Shown: positions 1 to 12,704, counted from the first letter of the stretch. The stretch: 64,000 nt of DNA from an uncultured Acidobacteriota bacterium (GCA_963741955.1 CAVUKB010000007.1:1152001-1216000), one strand, 5' to 3'. A program made the numbers and translations. Notes: generated from the sequence alone by a model not told the origin.

Positions 1-1140
1 CGGAGCTCTTTTCAGATCGCACGACCAGTCGGCTTCCGGCGCGAGGTGACCATTCAGCAGCAGCTTCGTCACGGCGGGGGAGGAGCGCTCTTTCTGCCGG
101 TCGGAACGTTCGAGGTGAGCGGCGTTCCCGACCTGACCCAGCACCGGAAAGGAGACTATCGAGTCCCGCCGTACACGCCGAATCCGGTCGACTATCAGGC
201 ATCCATGAGCCGCGACGTCGTGGAGTTCGGCCCGCCGCCTTCGTTTCCCGACTATCCCGTCACTCCCGAGGAGGCGGTGATGGCGAAGCGAATCGTCGGC
301 GATGCACGCACGGCGCGGGAGATCGGTGCGCGTATCGAAGCGTACATGTCGAGGAACTTCACCTATGTCCCCGATCCGGCGTCGATCGGTCGCCCGATCA
401 GCGTGGAAGACTTTCTCCTCCGCGAGCGCCGTGGACATTGTGAGTACTTCGCGGCAGGGATGACCGTACTCGTCAGCTCGCTGGGCGTCCCGGCGCGGAT
501 CGCCGGTGGATATTACGGCGGGGAGCTGAATCCTCTCACCGGATACTTCATCGTGCGGGAGAAAGATGCCCACGCATGGGTCGAGATCTACGACGGCCAG
601 AAGTGGCTGACGTTCGATCCAACTCCTCCGTCGCTCCGTCCGGGAAACGCCAGCCGCGGGCTGGTTCAGGCCTACGCTTCGGCACTTGGGGAATCGGTCA
701 ACTATTTCTGGGACCGGTACATCCTGACGTTCGGGCTCGCGGATCAGGTCGAGTTGTTCCGGCGGTTCCTCTGGCGGGGTCACGAGGCGATGAATCACCT
801 CCGTGGGGCGCTGCGAAGCTGGCCGCGGTCGCTCCCGAGAACGAGAATCGCCATCATCCTGTCGATGGTGATTCTGGCGGCCATCTCGTGGCAGATCGCT
901 CGACGGCTGCGCCGCTCGCTTTTCGATCGTCTCTCGGCGCGGCTGGTGCGCTTCGGAATCGAAGTGACTCCTTCCATGACCTCGGGGGAGATTCTGGAAC
1001 GAGTCCGTTCGCGCCGGCCCGATCTCACCGAGAGAATTCTCCCGATCGTCAGAGCGTACGAGCGTGAAGCGTTCTCCGAACGCTCCCTCTCCCGTGCCGA
1101 GAGACAGGACATCCTCAGGCGGCTCGCCGAGATCGGATGA
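1..1140 (+). CDS. Transglutaminase-like (TgpA-type) membrane protein, 5'-truncated by window edge
   Basis: Catalytic triad motifs GHCEYFA, HAWVE, FDPTP; C-terminal TM segment; frame is open from position 1. Confidence 0.85.
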   Translation, partial: RSSFQIARPVGFRREVTIQQQLRHGGGGALFLPVGTFEVSGVPDLTQHRKGDYRVPPYTPNPVDYQASMSRDVVEFGPPPSFPDYPVTPEEAVMAKRIVGDARTAREIGARIEAYMSRNFTYVPDPASIGRPISVEDFLLRERRGHCEYFAAGMTVLVSSLGVPARIAGGYYGGELNPLTGYFIVREKDAHAWVEIYDGQKWLTFDPTPPSLRPGNASRGLVQAYASALGESVNYFWDRYILTFGLADQVELFRRFLWRGHEAMNHLRGALRSWPRSLPRTRIAIILSMVILAAISWQIARRLRRSLFDRLSARLVRFGIEVTPSMTSGEILERVRSRRPDLTERILPIVRAYEREAFSERSLSRAERQDILRRLAEIG

Positions 1141-1177
1141 GACCGCGCGGTCGTTCGGGGAGGGAGAATCCGACCCC

Positions 1178-1888
1178 TCAAGCAAGGAGCGCGATCATCT
1201 GCCGCACCGCCTGCTCCATTCCAACCAGCGCTGCCCGCGCGATGATCGAGTGCCCGATGTTCAGCTCTTCGATCTCCGTGATGCGCGCGATCGGATGGAT
1301 GTTGCGGTAGGTGAGCCCATGTCCCCCGAAGACGCTCAGGCCGAGCTTCCTAGCCGCATGTGCAGCGTTCGAGACTTTTTCGAGCTCGCCCGGGGCGCCC
1401 GGCCCGCGCCAGCTGTCGGAGTACTTCCCGGTGTTGATCTCGATCCGCGGAGTGCCGATCTTGTGACACGCACGGATCTGCTCGAGATCGGGGTCGACGA
1501 AGAGCGAGACGTCGATGCCCGAGCCGAGGAGCTCCTTGACCACCTTCTGAACATTCCCTGCGTGGAGGACCACGTCGAGACCGCCTTCGGTGGTGAGCTC
1601 TTCACGACGCTCCGGAACGAGCGTCACCCGGTCCGGCTTGTACGATTGCGCGACCCGGACCATCTCCCTCGTGGCGGCCATTTCCACGTTCAAGTGCGTC
1701 GTCACCACGCGCCGGAGCACTTCGACGTCGCGATCCTGGATGTGCCGGCGGTCGGAGCGGAGGTGTACGGTGATGCCGCGAGCACCCGCGAGCTCGGCCA
1801 GAACGGCCGCGGCGACGGGGTCCGGCTCGTCTGCTTTCCGCGCCTGGCGGATGGTTGCGATGTGGTCGATGTTCACGGCGAGACGCAT
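1178..1888 (-). CDS. pdxJ: Pyridoxine 5'-phosphate synthase
   Basis: [53 protein letters not shown]; start moved to ATG 1888. Confidence 0.96.
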   Translation of the reverse strand: MRLAVNIDHIATIRQARKADEPDPVAAAVLAELAGARGITVHLRSDRRHIQDRDVEVLRRVVTTHLNVEMAATREMVRVAQSYKPDRVTLVPERREELTTEGGLDVVLHAGNVQKVVKELLGSGIDVSLFVDPDLEQIRACHKIGTPRIEINTGKYSDSWRGPGAPGELEKVSNAAHAARKLGLSVFGGHGLTYRNIHPIARITEIEELNIGHSIIARAALVGMEQAVRQMIALLA

Positions 1889-2026
1889 GGCTAAAGAGTA
1901 GCAGAACCGAGCTCCCGAAGACGGGACGAATACCGCGCAGATCCGCGCAATGTTCACGAGCGGTTTTGCGTTCTACGAGGAGTTTCGCCCTCCCGGATTC
2001 CCGAATGGTGAGGGCACCTCGAAGCC

Positions 2027-3964
<1,938 letters not shown>

Positions 3965-4134
3965 GGACTCGAGACTCGTTGTCGTCATTGTCGACCGACC
4001 CGTTGTTCAGGCCAACAGAATGTTCTTCTGTGTTCTGTATCATTTGCAGAATAATATTCTGTACTACTCAGTTATTGTAGATAGTTGTTCTTTATAGAGA
4101 CAACTAATCAGCATAAACTTCTCTTCAGGATTCA

Positions 4135-4237
4135 CCCGATCCCCGACCCCAGCCCTGATCCCCGGCCCCGGGCCCCGATCCCTGATCCCTGATCCCTGAT
4201 CCCCGATCCCCGATCCCCGATCCCCGAGCCCCGAGCC
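4135..4237 (+). repeat. Heptamer tandem repeat (CCCGATC/CCTGATC, about 14 units) next to an AT-rich stretch
   Basis: Directly visible ...ccctgatccctgatccctgatccccgatccccgatccccgatccccgag...; oppositely oriented degenerate heptamers (gagactc/gggactc) at ~3950-3978. Confidence 0.85.
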
Positions 4238-4260
4238 TCGTTCTGTCATATCCTGTTCCC

Positions 4261-5502
4261 ATGAAGGCAGCGATCATCGCGGTCGGAACCGAGCTCCTCG
4301 GCTCCGACCGGACAGACACGAATTCTCTCCTCATCACCCGACTGCTCGAGAACTACGGAATCCCTCTCCGAAGGAAGAGTGTGGTGCCGGACGACCGGGA
4401 CGAGATCGGCGCCGAGCTGCTCTCCTCGCTCGAGCAGCACGAGATCGTCCTTCTCACCGGAGGGCTCGGACCGACCGACGACGACGTGACCAAAGAAGCG
4501 GTCGCCGCCGCCCTCGGGCTGACGCTCGTGGAGAACGAGTCCATCCGGGCGAGCATCGAAGCGCGTTTTGCATCGCGCGGGATGACGGCCCCCGAGGTGA
4601 ACCGGCGGCAGGCGATGGTGTTCGCCGGGCAGAAGATGGTCTTCAACGAACGGGGGACGGCGCCAGGATCCCACCTCACGATCTCGTTCCGCGGTTCCCA
4701 GCGGCACGTCTGGATCTTCCCGGGCGTGCCGAACGAGTTGAGGGGAATGCTCGAGCACGACCTGGAGCCCTGGCTGAAAGAGCTGCGCACCGACCGAGCA
4801 CGTTACCGACGGATCGTGAAGATCACCGGTCTTCCCGAGTCGCAGGTTGAAGAGTCGCTGGCGCCGTTTTACGCGGCACATCCCGGCGAGCCGCTGACGA
4901 TCCTCTGCTCACCGGGAGAGATCGAGATCCATCTCCGGGCGGACGGTTCGGCGGATGACGCGTATGATCAGCTCGTCTCGTTCGAAAAGGAGATTCGTGC
5001 GATCTTCAGCGATCGCATTTTCGGGTTGGACGAAGACCTTCTGGAGTCGGTCGTGGGGCGTCTCCTCTCTTCCCGCGGGGAGACGGTGGCCACCGCCGAG
5101 TCGTGCACCGGAGGTCTTCTCGCCTCGCGCATCACCGACATTCAAGGAAGCTCCGCGTATTTTCTCGGAGGCGTGGTGACGTACTCCCGAGACGCGAAGC
5201 TCTTTCTTCTCGGTGTGGATCCCGCCGACATCGACGCCGCAGGAGAAGTCTCCGAGCCGGTGGCGCGCGAGATGGCGATCGGCGCGAGGCGGCGCTTCGG
5301 TGCCGACTGGGGGATCGGAATCACCGGGATCGCAGGTCCGACCGGAGGAACGGTCGCGAAGCCGGTGGGAACAGTTCACATCGCGGTCTCCGGGAAACGC
5401 GCGTGCCGTCACCAGAAGATGCTCTTTCCGGGTGATCGCATCCTGGTCAAACGGTTGTCGACTCAGGTCGCGCTCGACATGCTGCGGGTGATGATGGGCT
5501 AA
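4261..5502 (+). CDS. cinA: Competence/damage-inducible protein CinA (MoCF-binding domain plus NMN deamidase PncC domain)
   Basis: AVGTELL..DTN, TGGLGPTDDDVT, FPGVP, TAESCTGG, GITGIAGPTGG, KPVGTV. Confidence 0.93.
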   Translation: MKAAIIAVGTELLGSDRTDTNSLLITRLLENYGIPLRRKSVVPDDRDEIGAELLSSLEQHEIVLLTGGLGPTDDDVTKEAVAAALGLTLVENESIRASIEARFASRGMTAPEVNRRQAMVFAGQKMVFNERGTAPGSHLTISFRGSQRHVWIFPGVPNELRGMLEHDLEPWLKELRTDRARYRRIVKITGLPESQVEESLAPFYAAHPGEPLTILCSPGEIEIHLRADGSADDAYDQLVSFEKEIRAIFSDRIFGLDEDLLESVVGRLLSSRGETVATAESCTGGLLASRITDIQGSSAYFLGGVVTYSRDAKLFLLGVDPADIDAAGEVSEPVAREMAIGARRRFGADWGIGITGIAGPTGGTVAKPVGTVHIAVSGKRACRHQKMLFPGDRILVKRLSTQVALDMLRVMMG

Positions 5503-5515
5503 CCCTGACCCTGGG

Positions 5516-5701
5516 CTAACCCGCAGTTCTCACACCATCTCTGCTGCGGAGACGGATAGCGGCCTGTCAGCTGCGTTGCGCCCGGCTTCGGCTCCTCGAC
5601 ATAGTCACCACTATGCCTTCGTTGCCGAAGCCGGGCACGCCTTGTATCCAGGCCGCTCTCCGCCTCCTCGCGACGAGACGGTGTGAGAAATGCGGGCTGA
5701 G
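5516..5701. mobile_element. MITE-like palindromic element, family A, copy 1 (~186 bp)
   Basis: Terminal IRs CCCGCAgTTCTCACACCATCTC / GAGAcGGTGTGAGAAATGCGGG; closely similar inverted copy at 37321-37506. Confidence 0.8.
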
Positions 5702-5790
5702 GACGTTTGGTTCCGAATTTGCCCCTTATGCGGTCGTTCCGCAAGAGCTGGCACACTCGTCGCTTTTCCCCCGGGCGGAAGGAGAAGCTC

Positions 5791-5940
5791 ATGGGTGGTT
5801 TACTCTGGACGATCATCATCGTCCTTTTCATTGCGTGGATCCTCGGCTTCGCCGTGTTTCACGTTACCAGCGGACTGATCCACATCCTGATCGTCATCGC
5901 AGTCATCGTACTGATCGTGAAGCTGGTAAGGAAGATCTGA
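5791..5940 (+). CDS. Small membrane protein, lmo0937/DUF5670-like (49 aa)
   Basis: MGGLLWTIIIVLFIAWILGF..SGLIHILIVIAVIV; RBS AAGGAG upstream of ATG 5791. Confidence 0.8.
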   Translation: MGGLLWTIIIVLFIAWILGFAVFHVTSGLIHILIVIAVIVLIVKLVRKI

Positions 5941-5979
5941 GGAACAGGGTGGTGCGAGCGTTCAGCTCGCACCACTCGC

Positions 5980-7296
5980 TCATCCCCTGGTCACAGACAT
6001 GAAGTTCTGGATCACGTCGTTGTAGAGGACCACGATCATCAGCGCGGCGAGAACGGCGAAGCCTATCTGCTGGATCCGTTCTTTCACCTGGATGGAGAGA
6101 TCGCGTCGCGCAACAGTCTCCACGGCGAGAATCATGATGTGACCCCCGTCGAGCACCGGAATCGGGAGGAGGTTCATGATTCCGAGCTGCAGGGAGATGG
6201 CGGCCATGAGGTAGACCAGCGCCTTCCATCCGGTGCGGAGCATCTCGCCCGAGATGCGAGCGATGGAGATCGGGCCACTGAAATCCTTCATGCTTCCCTG
6301 AGCACGGAAAAGTCTTCCCAGCACCGCGAACGTGTATTTGAGCATCTTCACGTTCTGATCGATGCTCTCCTGAAACGCCTCGACCGGACCGTAGACCTGC
6401 AGCTTCGTCGGCGGGATGAACCCCGGCCAGGTCTCCTTCTTCGAGCGCTGCGCCGGAAGGGTCAGATCGAGTCGCTTCCCCGCGCGCTCGACTTCGATTC
6501 CGACCGGCATGCCGGGACGCTTCCCGAGGAGGTCTTCGAGCTCCACGAGTTGGTCGACCGGATGCCCTGCCACTCCGACGATCCGATCCCCACTACGGAG
6601 ACCTGCACGGTCGGCGGCCGATCCTGGTTTGACCCGGCCGACTTCGTTACTGATCCAGGGGAGGACCCCCGCGAGTCCGGTGACGCCGTAATTCGTGACC
6701 ACGCGTTCGGGTACGAGATGAGTGACGTGGCGTGTGCCGTCCCGTTCGAAGACGATTCGGATCTGTTGGCCCGGATTCATTCCGACTGCGAGCTTCAGAT
6801 CGTCCCAGGAACGGATCGACTCACCACCGGCGGAGAGAATGATGTCGCCCTTCCGGAGGCCCGCCGTGGCAGCAGGTTTGTCGGGAACCACGCGCCCGAG
6901 TCTCGCTTCCTGATCCCGAAGCACTTCCGTCCCTGCCATGTTCAGCCAGGCGAGAAAAAGAATGGCGATCAGGATGTTCGCCATCGGCCCGGCGACGAGA
7001 ATCACGAAGCGCTGCCACTTGGGCTTGGAGAGAAACTCGTACGGAGTTCCTTCACGCTCTTCCTCCGGCATGTCGCCGGCCATGCGGACATATCCGCCGA
7101 GCGGAATCAGCGAGACGCGGTAGTCGGTGCCGCCCTTCTCGAATCCGAAGAGGCGCTTTCCGAATCCGAACGAAAAGATCAGAACCCGGACGCGGAAGAG
7201 CTTCGCCATCAGGAAGTGTCCCGATTCGTGCGCGAAGATCAGGAACCCGAGGACGATGACGACTGCGATGAGATTGGTTGCAATGCTCGATGCCAT
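5980..7296 (-). CDS. rseP: RIP metalloprotease RseP (M50, PDZ domains)
   Basis: HESGH zinc motif, IPLGGYVRM, NLLPIPVLDGGH; synteny with dxr/cdsA/uppS. Confidence 0.95.
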   Translation of the reverse strand: MASSIATNLIAVVIVLGFLIFAHESGHFLMAKLFRVRVLIFSFGFGKRLFGFEKGGTDYRVSLIPLGGYVRMAGDMPEEEREGTPYEFLSKPKWQRFVILVAGPMANILIAILFLAWLNMAGTEVLRDQEARLGRVVPDKPAATAGLRKGDIILSAGGESIRSWDDLKLAVGMNPGQQIRIVFERDGTRHVTHLVPERVVTNYGVTGLAGVLPWISNEVGRVKPGSAADRAGLRSGDRIVGVAGHPVDQLVELEDLLGKRPGMPVGIEVERAGKRLDLTLPAQRSKKETWPGFIPPTKLQVYGPVEAFQESIDQNVKMLKYTFAVLGRLFRAQGSMKDFSGPISIARISGEMLRTGWKALVYLMAAISLQLGIMNLLPIPVLDGGHIMILAVETVARRDLSIQVKERIQQIGFAVLAALMIVVLYNDVIQNFMSVTRG

Positions 7297-8495
7297 TAGC
7301 GGTCCCGCGATTTCGATGCTGAGTTCAACCCGCGTCCTGCAACAGTGATTCCTCTCGCTTCATTGCGGGCCCACCGGTCCCACTCCAGCGCCTCTTCAAC
7401 GGAGCCGAGCGGCAAGGTCTTTCCGGCGTGTCTCTCCAGCACCTGGTCGACGATCTCGACGATCGAGACGAACGGAATCTCACCGGCGAGAAATCGGGCG
7501 ACCGCGATCTCGTTCGCGGCATTCAGCACCGCCGGCATCGATCCTCCGGCGCGAAGGGCTGCATAGGCCAGCGATACGGCGGGAAAGCGATGATGGTCGA
7601 CCGGGACGAACTCCAGACGGCTGATCTTCGCGAGATCGAGACGTGCGAACGGAGCGGGATTCCGAACTGGATAGAACACAGCGTATTGAATCGGAAACTT
7701 CATGTCCGTGGTCGACATCTGCGCGATGATCGAACCGTCGACGTACTCGACCATGGAATGGACGATCGACTGCGGGTGGATGATGATGTCGATCTGGTCG
7801 GCCGGAAAGCCGAAGAGATGCTTCGCCTCGATCACTTCCAGCCCCTTGTTCATCATGGTGGCCGAGTCGATCGAGATCTTGTTTCCCATTTTCCAGGTCG
7901 GATGTTTGAGCGCGTCCTCGATGCTGATCTCACCGAACGTCTCGAGGTCGCGCCGGAGGAACGGACCTCCCGAGGCGGTGAGGATGATCCGGGCGACCTC
8001 GGATTTTGCGCCGCAGCGGAGGGCCTGATGGAGGGCGTTGTGCTCGGAGTCGACCGGGAGAATCTCTCCGCCGAACTTCTCCGCGGCGCGGGTCATCACG
8101 TCTCCGGCCGCCACCAGGACTTCCTTGTTCGCGATGCCGACTCGCTTGCCGCTGCAGAGTGCAGCGTAAACGGGTGGGATACCGGCGGCGCCGACGATTC
8201 CGGCGATCACCGTGTCGGCGCCCGGGAGGGTGGCGATCGCCGTCGCCCCTTCCCCTCCGTGGAGGATCGTCGGTCCACGTTCGCCCGAGAGGAACTCCTT
8301 CAGATCCCTCGCGTCCTTCTCCCCCCGGACCGAGACCACTTCGGGTTGGTAGGTCCGTATCTGCTCGGCGAGAAGACGTACGTTCGACCCGGCGGCGAGT
8401 CCGGCCACCCGGAGCTGCCCGGGATAGGCATCGACCACCGCCAGGGTGCTCCTGCCGATCGAGCCGGTACTTCCGAGGATGGAGAGAGTTCGCAT
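7296..8495 (-). CDS. dxr: 1-deoxy-D-xylulose-5-phosphate reductoisomerase
   Basis: LGSTGSIG, ANKE, PVDSEHNA, HPTWKMG, KISIDSATMMNKGLEVIEA. Confidence 0.98.
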   Translation of the reverse strand: MRTLSILGSTGSIGRSTLAVVDAYPGQLRVAGLAAGSNVRLLAEQIRTYQPEVVSVRGEKDARDLKEFLSGERGPTILHGGEGATAIATLPGADTVIAGIVGAAGIPPVYAALCSGKRVGIANKEVLVAAGDVMTRAAEKFGGEILPVDSEHNALHQALRCGAKSEVARIILTASGGPFLRRDLETFGEISIEDALKHPTWKMGNKISIDSATMMNKGLEVIEAKHLFGFPADQIDIIIHPQSIVHSMVEYVDGSIIAQMSTTDMKFPIQYAVFYPVRNPAPFARLDLAKISRLEFVPVDHHRFPAVSLAYAALRAGGSMPAVLNAANEIAVARFLAGEIPFVSIVEIVDQVLERHAGKTLPLGSVEEALEWDRWARNEARGITVAGRGLNSASKSRDR

Positions 8496-8496
8496 G

Positions 8497-9360
8497 TCAG
8501 AAAGTCTTCAATCCGTACGTCAGAAGGAACCAGTAGGCGTACAGGATCGGTGCCGTGAAGAGGATCGAGTCGAAACGATCGAGAAATCCACCGTGTCCGG
8601 GGATCAGCGCTCCGGAGTCTTTCACTGCGGCAGAACGCTTCCAGAGCGATTCCGCGAGATCACCCACGATTCCCGACACGGAGAGGATCGCCGCGGCGAT
8701 GATGGCATGGCCGAGCGGAAACGCGGGGAAGAACGTGAAGTGGATGATGATCGCCGCGGTCACGGAGGTTGCGACGCCGCCGATACCGCCTTCGACAGTC
8801 TTCTTCGGGCTCACCCGGGGTGACAGCTTGTGTTTCCCGAACTTCGAGCCGACGTAATACGCGCCGGCATCTCCGAGCCAGACCACGAGGAGGAGAAAGA
8901 AGATCAGCGCGGCACCGTTCGGAGGAAAGTCGAGGCGCAAACGGATCAATGATCCGGCGAGCATTCCGACGTAAAGAGTTCCCAGAACGCAGACTGCAGT
9001 CGCCGGGAGCGCCGCCTCCAGCGACGACCGCGAAAAGACGAAAGCCGCGGGGAGAACCAGAAGGACGGCGAAAACTCCGAGCTCCACCGACACGTGCGGG
9101 ATGATGAATGCAGTGAGGAGAAAAAACATCAGCAGAATGGAAAGGATCTTCTGAACCGGATACCCCTTCTTTTCGCCGAGGACCAGAAACTCCAGCAGCG
9201 CGAGGCCGCTGATCAGACCGATGGTGCCGACGAAGACGGCGTGTGGCGCCCAGCCGATGATCCAGATGATCAGAGGAGCCGCGACGAGCGAGGTGATCTC
9301 TCTCGTGAACCGCGTTCGGCTCGCAACAGCGGGAGGTGGAGGTACGCTGGTCTCGGCCAT
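8497..9360 (-). CDS. cdsA: Phosphatidate cytidylyltransferase
   Basis: SPKKTVEG, GDLAES..KR..VKDSG..IPGHGGFLDRFDS; multi-TM. Confidence 0.95.
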   Translation of the reverse strand: MAETSVPPPPAVASRTRFTREITSLVAAPLIIWIIGWAPHAVFVGTIGLISGLALLEFLVLGEKKGYPVQKILSILLMFFLLTAFIIPHVSVELGVFAVLLVLPAAFVFSRSSLEAALPATAVCVLGTLYVGMLAGSLIRLRLDFPPNGAALIFFLLLVVWLGDAGAYYVGSKFGKHKLSPRVSPKKTVEGGIGGVATSVTAAIIIHFTFFPAFPLGHAIIAAAILSVSGIVGDLAESLWKRSAAVKDSGALIPGHGGFLDRFDSILFTAPILYAYWFLLTYGLKTF

Positions 9361-9365
9361 GCGGT

Positions 9366-10181
9366 TCAGACGCGATTCTCGTCGGCTTCGATGAAGATCT
9401 CCGACTCCGGCTCGGCAACTCCTCCATAGCGGCGCTCCCGTGCCTGGAAATCGACGATCGCCTCGAACAGGTGCTGGCGCCGGAAGTCGGGCCAGAGAAC
9501 CTTCGTCACGTGGATCTCCGAATAGGCGATCTGCCAGAGGAGGAAATTGGAGACGCGGAGCTCACCGCTGGTACGGATCAGAAGATCCGGATCGGCGATG
9601 TTGCCGGCGTAGAGATGGCTCGCGAAGAACTCCTCGTCGACTCGAAAGTCGTCGAGATCCTTCTCGCGGAGGATGGTCATGATCCGGTTGACCGTGTCCA
9701 CGATCTCCGCGCGACCGCCGTAATTCAGGGCGATCTGGAACAGCAGACCGGTGTTGCCGGCGGTCTGTTCCTGCGCGAACCGGAGCTCTTTCTGCACGCT
9801 CTCCTCGAGTCCCTGAATCCGTCCGATCGGGGAGAAGCGGATGTTGTTCTCCATCAGAGTGGTGAGCTCCTTCCGGAGATACTCCTTGAGCAGCATCATC
9901 AGCGTGGCCACTTCGAACCGCGGCCGCTTCCAGTTCTCCACCGAGAAGGCGTAGAGCGTGATCACCGGAAGCTCGAGGCGCGCCGCAGTTTCGACGATCT
10001 CCCGTACCGAAGCGATTCCCGCCCGATGCCCTTCGACGCGTGGGAGCCGCCGCGTCTTCGCCCAGCGGCCGTTTCCGTCCATGATCACCGCGACGTGCCT
10101 GGGAAGTCTGGTGAAGTCGATCCGTTCGAGCAGCTTCTCTTCGACGGATCCCGGTTCGGCCAGTTTGGAGACGTCGATCAT
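9366..10181 (-). CDS. uppS: Undecaprenyl diphosphate synthase (isoprenyl transferase)
   Basis: HVAVIMDGNGRWA, YAFSVENWKRP, NYGGRAE, DLLIRTSGELRVSNFLLWQ. Confidence 0.97.
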   Translation of the reverse strand: MIDVSKLAEPGSVEEKLLERIDFTRLPRHVAVIMDGNGRWAKTRRLPRVEGHRAGIASVREIVETAARLELPVITLYAFSVENWKRPRFEVATLMMLLKEYLRKELTTLMENNIRFSPIGRIQGLEESVQKELRFAQEQTAGNTGLLFQIALNYGGRAEIVDTVNRIMTILREKDLDDFRVDEEFFASHLYAGNIADPDLLIRTSGELRVSNFLLWQIAYSEIHVTKVLWPDFRRQHLFEAIVDFQARERRYGGVAEPESEIFIEADENRV

Positions 10182-10191
10182 CGTTGAAAGC

Positions 10192-11001
10192 TCATCTTAG
10201 CACAGCGTTTTCCGGCCAACCGTCCGCTCCTGCAGCGCTCTCGCCCCCGCTCAGGAAGGGGATGCTTTCATAGAAAACTTCTTCCAGAAACAGGCCATGA
10301 GGAGGTGCAGTCCACCTCGCTTCTCCGAACTCCGGCTCGAGAGCGCGGCGTCCCGATTCGGGCTCGAGTTTTCCACGGCCGACCTCGATCAGCAGGCCGG
10401 CGATCCGCCGGACCATGAAGCGAAGGAAGCCGTCGGCCTCCACGTCGATCCGCACCACTTCGCCCTGGCGTTGCACGGCGAGCGCGTGCAGCGTTCGCTC
10501 GGTGGACGAGACCTCGGGGGCGAGGACGGTGAACGAACGGAAGTCGTGCCGTCCGATGAGAGGCGCCGCCGCGGCCCGCATCCGTGCGATCTCGAGCCGT
10601 GCCGGGACCCATGCGTGAGTCGCGGAGAGGAAGGGGTCTTCGACGGAGCTGTTGCAGATCCAATACGAGTAGTGTTTTCCACGTGCCTCGAAACGGCAAT
10701 GGAACGCCGGATCGACTTCACGCGCTTCGGTGATCCGGACGTCTCGCGGGAGGAGGTCGTTCAGCCCGCGGATCAACCCTCTTTCCTCGATGACAAACGG
10801 GAGATCTGCGTGCGCCCGCTGAGCGCGGGCGTGAACGCCCGAATCCGTTCGCCCTGCCGAATGCACGGTCACGTCGATGCGGAACATCCTCCGCAGCGCA
10901 TCTTCGAATACCTGCTGCACGGCGACGGCGTTCGTCTGGCGCTGCCATCCCGCATAGCGAGTCCCGAGGTACTGCAGCGTGAACAGGATGCGTCGCATCA
11001 C
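10192..11001 (-). CDS. truA: tRNA pseudouridine(38-40) synthase
   Basis: YLGTRYAGWQRQ, AGRTDSGVHA, GRHDFRSF, FLRFMVR, APPHGLFL. Confidence 0.95.
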   Translation of the reverse strand: MMRRILFTLQYLGTRYAGWQRQTNAVAVQQVFEDALRRMFRIDVTVHSAGRTDSGVHARAQRAHADLPFVIEERGLIRGLNDLLPRDVRITEAREVDPAFHCRFEARGKHYSYWICNSSVEDPFLSATHAWVPARLEIARMRAAAAPLIGRHDFRSFTVLAPEVSSTERTLHALAVQRQGEVVRIDVEADGFLRFMVRRIAGLLIEVGRGKLEPESGRRALEPEFGEARWTAPPHGLFLEEVFYESIPFLSGGESAAGADGWPENAVLR

Positions 11002-11015
11002 CCGCGCCTCGCGCG

Positions 11016-12704
11016 TCAGCGCAGATCGGCCGCGAGGATGTTCTGCCGCCGGAATCCGGTCACGTACGAGCCGTCGTCCACCACTCCGACCGAGATCTTG
11101 TTCGGTCCTTTCTCGAGCAGCAGCTCCGCCGAAAATGTGTAGTAGTCCCCTTTGGCCTTTTCCAGCTCACTCTTCGACAGACGGATCTGATGCGACTGGT
11201 GGGTCACGTCGCTCATGTCTCCGAGCTGGTTCGCGGCTACGAAGTAGACGGTGAAACTGGCCACGTTCATCTCGCCTTGCGGAAGGAAGGTGAGGTTGTC
11301 CATCGGAATGTGGACTTCGACCGGGACCTTGAAGCGATCCTCTTCCACCGAGACCGGCTGTCCGGTGGTGACGGTGATGTTCAGGTCGTTCGGCTGGCCT
11401 TCATAGAAGATGTTGGCGATCACTCGATCGTTCATCTCCGATGGAACGGACTTCTCGACGAAGGTCTGCCGCGCACGGACGACGTAGTTCCGGTTCTTCA
11501 TCCGGACGGCGACGCCTCTCTGCCGGTCGACCCGTTCGGTTCCTGCGCGGTATCCGATGGAGTAGTAATGCTCGAGATCGTTCTCGATCTGATTGAACGC
11601 TCCGTCGAAATTGTTGGTGCCGACCGTCGCGAGGCCGCCGGTCATCTGCGCCAGAAGCTGGAGGGAGTCGGTGCTGTTCGACAGAGCTGCCTGCTGGACG
11701 TTGTAGGAGACGGGTGAGCGGTTCTCCGCGGTGGCGCCGGCGCCGTATGCGCTGAGTCCTCCCGCGTGGAGCGTGTAGAGGGTGATGCCGTTCGCATTGG
11801 CGGTCCGGGCGAGCGACTGGATCAATCCCGCCGAATTGAAGCTCATTCCCTCCAGGAGGCTCGACCCCCGACCCTGCCAGTTCGATTTCTCGCGCTGGAT
11901 GTCGTCGATGAAGTAGAACATGTCCTTCCCCGGCTGCATGGGAAAGCCTTCACTGGTCATGACCATGATCTTCTTTCCCTCCACGCCGGCGAGGGTGGTC
12001 ATCAATCCGTTGACCGCCGAGACGGTCTGACGGAGGTCGTGCTCGACCGACTGTGCGTACTGGCGTGCCGCAGCCACTGCCTGGTCGTAGCTCTGAGCAT
12101 CCCGGATCTGATCCTGGGTCTGCTTCTGGTCGCTGAGGTTGTGAACTCCGAATGCGCTCTCACCTTTGATTCCTTCGAGCATCTGGGTGATCTGCTCGGA
12201 GTCGGTGGTGAACGGGACCCGTACCTTCATGCTCCGGTTCCAGGTGGCGACCATCGCCTCGTCTCCGGGACGCATGGCGGTCTTCACGAACTTCTCCATC
12301 GAATCGAAGACGCGGTTGCGGTTGAAGGGATTCAGCGAGAGGTTGTCTACGAAGATGATGATCTTCCGCTTCTGATTCTCCGGAACCTGTACCGGAACGG
12401 CGGGCGCGGCCTTGACCTCCGGTTCCACCGGCTTCTTCGTCGGCGGCTGGGCCGGTACGGAGATCTCCGAGAAGTTGGTGATCTTCTGCGGGGTTCCGTT
12501 CTCCAGGACTTCGAAATCGCCCTTCTTGAGACCTTTGATCGGATTCCCCTTCTTGTCGGTGACCACGACGTCGATGTTGATCACCCGGACGTCGATGGTG
12601 GCGGAGAACCCCGGTTGCTTTTGCTGCGGATCGGTTTGTGCGAAAGCCGGCAGCCCCTCGAGCAGCATGAGCAAGGCAGACGCGACGGCGGCGAAGCGTT
12701 TCAA
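11016..12704 (-). CDS. Secreted VWA domain protein (VWFA-related Acidobacterial type)
   Basis: Signal peptide; VINIDVVVTDKKGNPIKGLKKGDFEVLENG, IIFVDNLS, GKKIMVMTSEGF, LAQMTGG, YYSIGY; TTG start with GGAGGAG RBS. Confidence 0.85.
   Translation of the reverse strand: MKRFAAVASALLMLLEGLPAFAQTDPQQKQPGFSATIDVRVINIDVVVTDKKGNPIKGLKKGDFEVLENGTPQKITNFSEISVPAQPPTKKPVEPEVKAAPAVPVQVPENQKRKIIIFVDNLSLNPFNRNRVFDSMEKFVKTAMRPGDEAMVATWNRSMKVRVPFTTDSEQITQMLEGIKGESAFGVHNLSDQKQTQDQIRDAQSYDQAVAAARQYAQSVEHDLRQTVSAVNGLMTTLAGVEGKKIMVMTSEGFPMQPGKDMFYFIDDIQREKSNWQGRGSSLLEGMSFNSAGLIQSLARTANANGITLYTLHAGGLSAYGAGATAENRSPVSYNVQQAALSNSTDSLQLLAQMTGGLATVGTNNFDGAFNQIENDLEHYYSIGYRAGTERVDRQRGVAVRMKNRNYVVRARQTFVEKSVPSEMNDRVIANIFYEGQPNDLNITVTTGQPVSVEEDRFKVPVEVHIPMDNLTFLPQGEMNVASFTVYFVAANQLGDMSDVTHQSHQIRLSKSELEKAKGDYYTFSAELLLEKGPNKISVGVVDDGSYVTGFRRQNILAADLR

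Noticed and set aside
4064-4337. Short minus-strand ORFs with GSGIGDR repeats
   Set aside because: They are translations of the heptamer repeat tract.
5499-6002. ORFs containing RYPSPQQRWCE.CG (also near 37450)
   Set aside because: They are translations of the family A element, not a Cys-motif protein.
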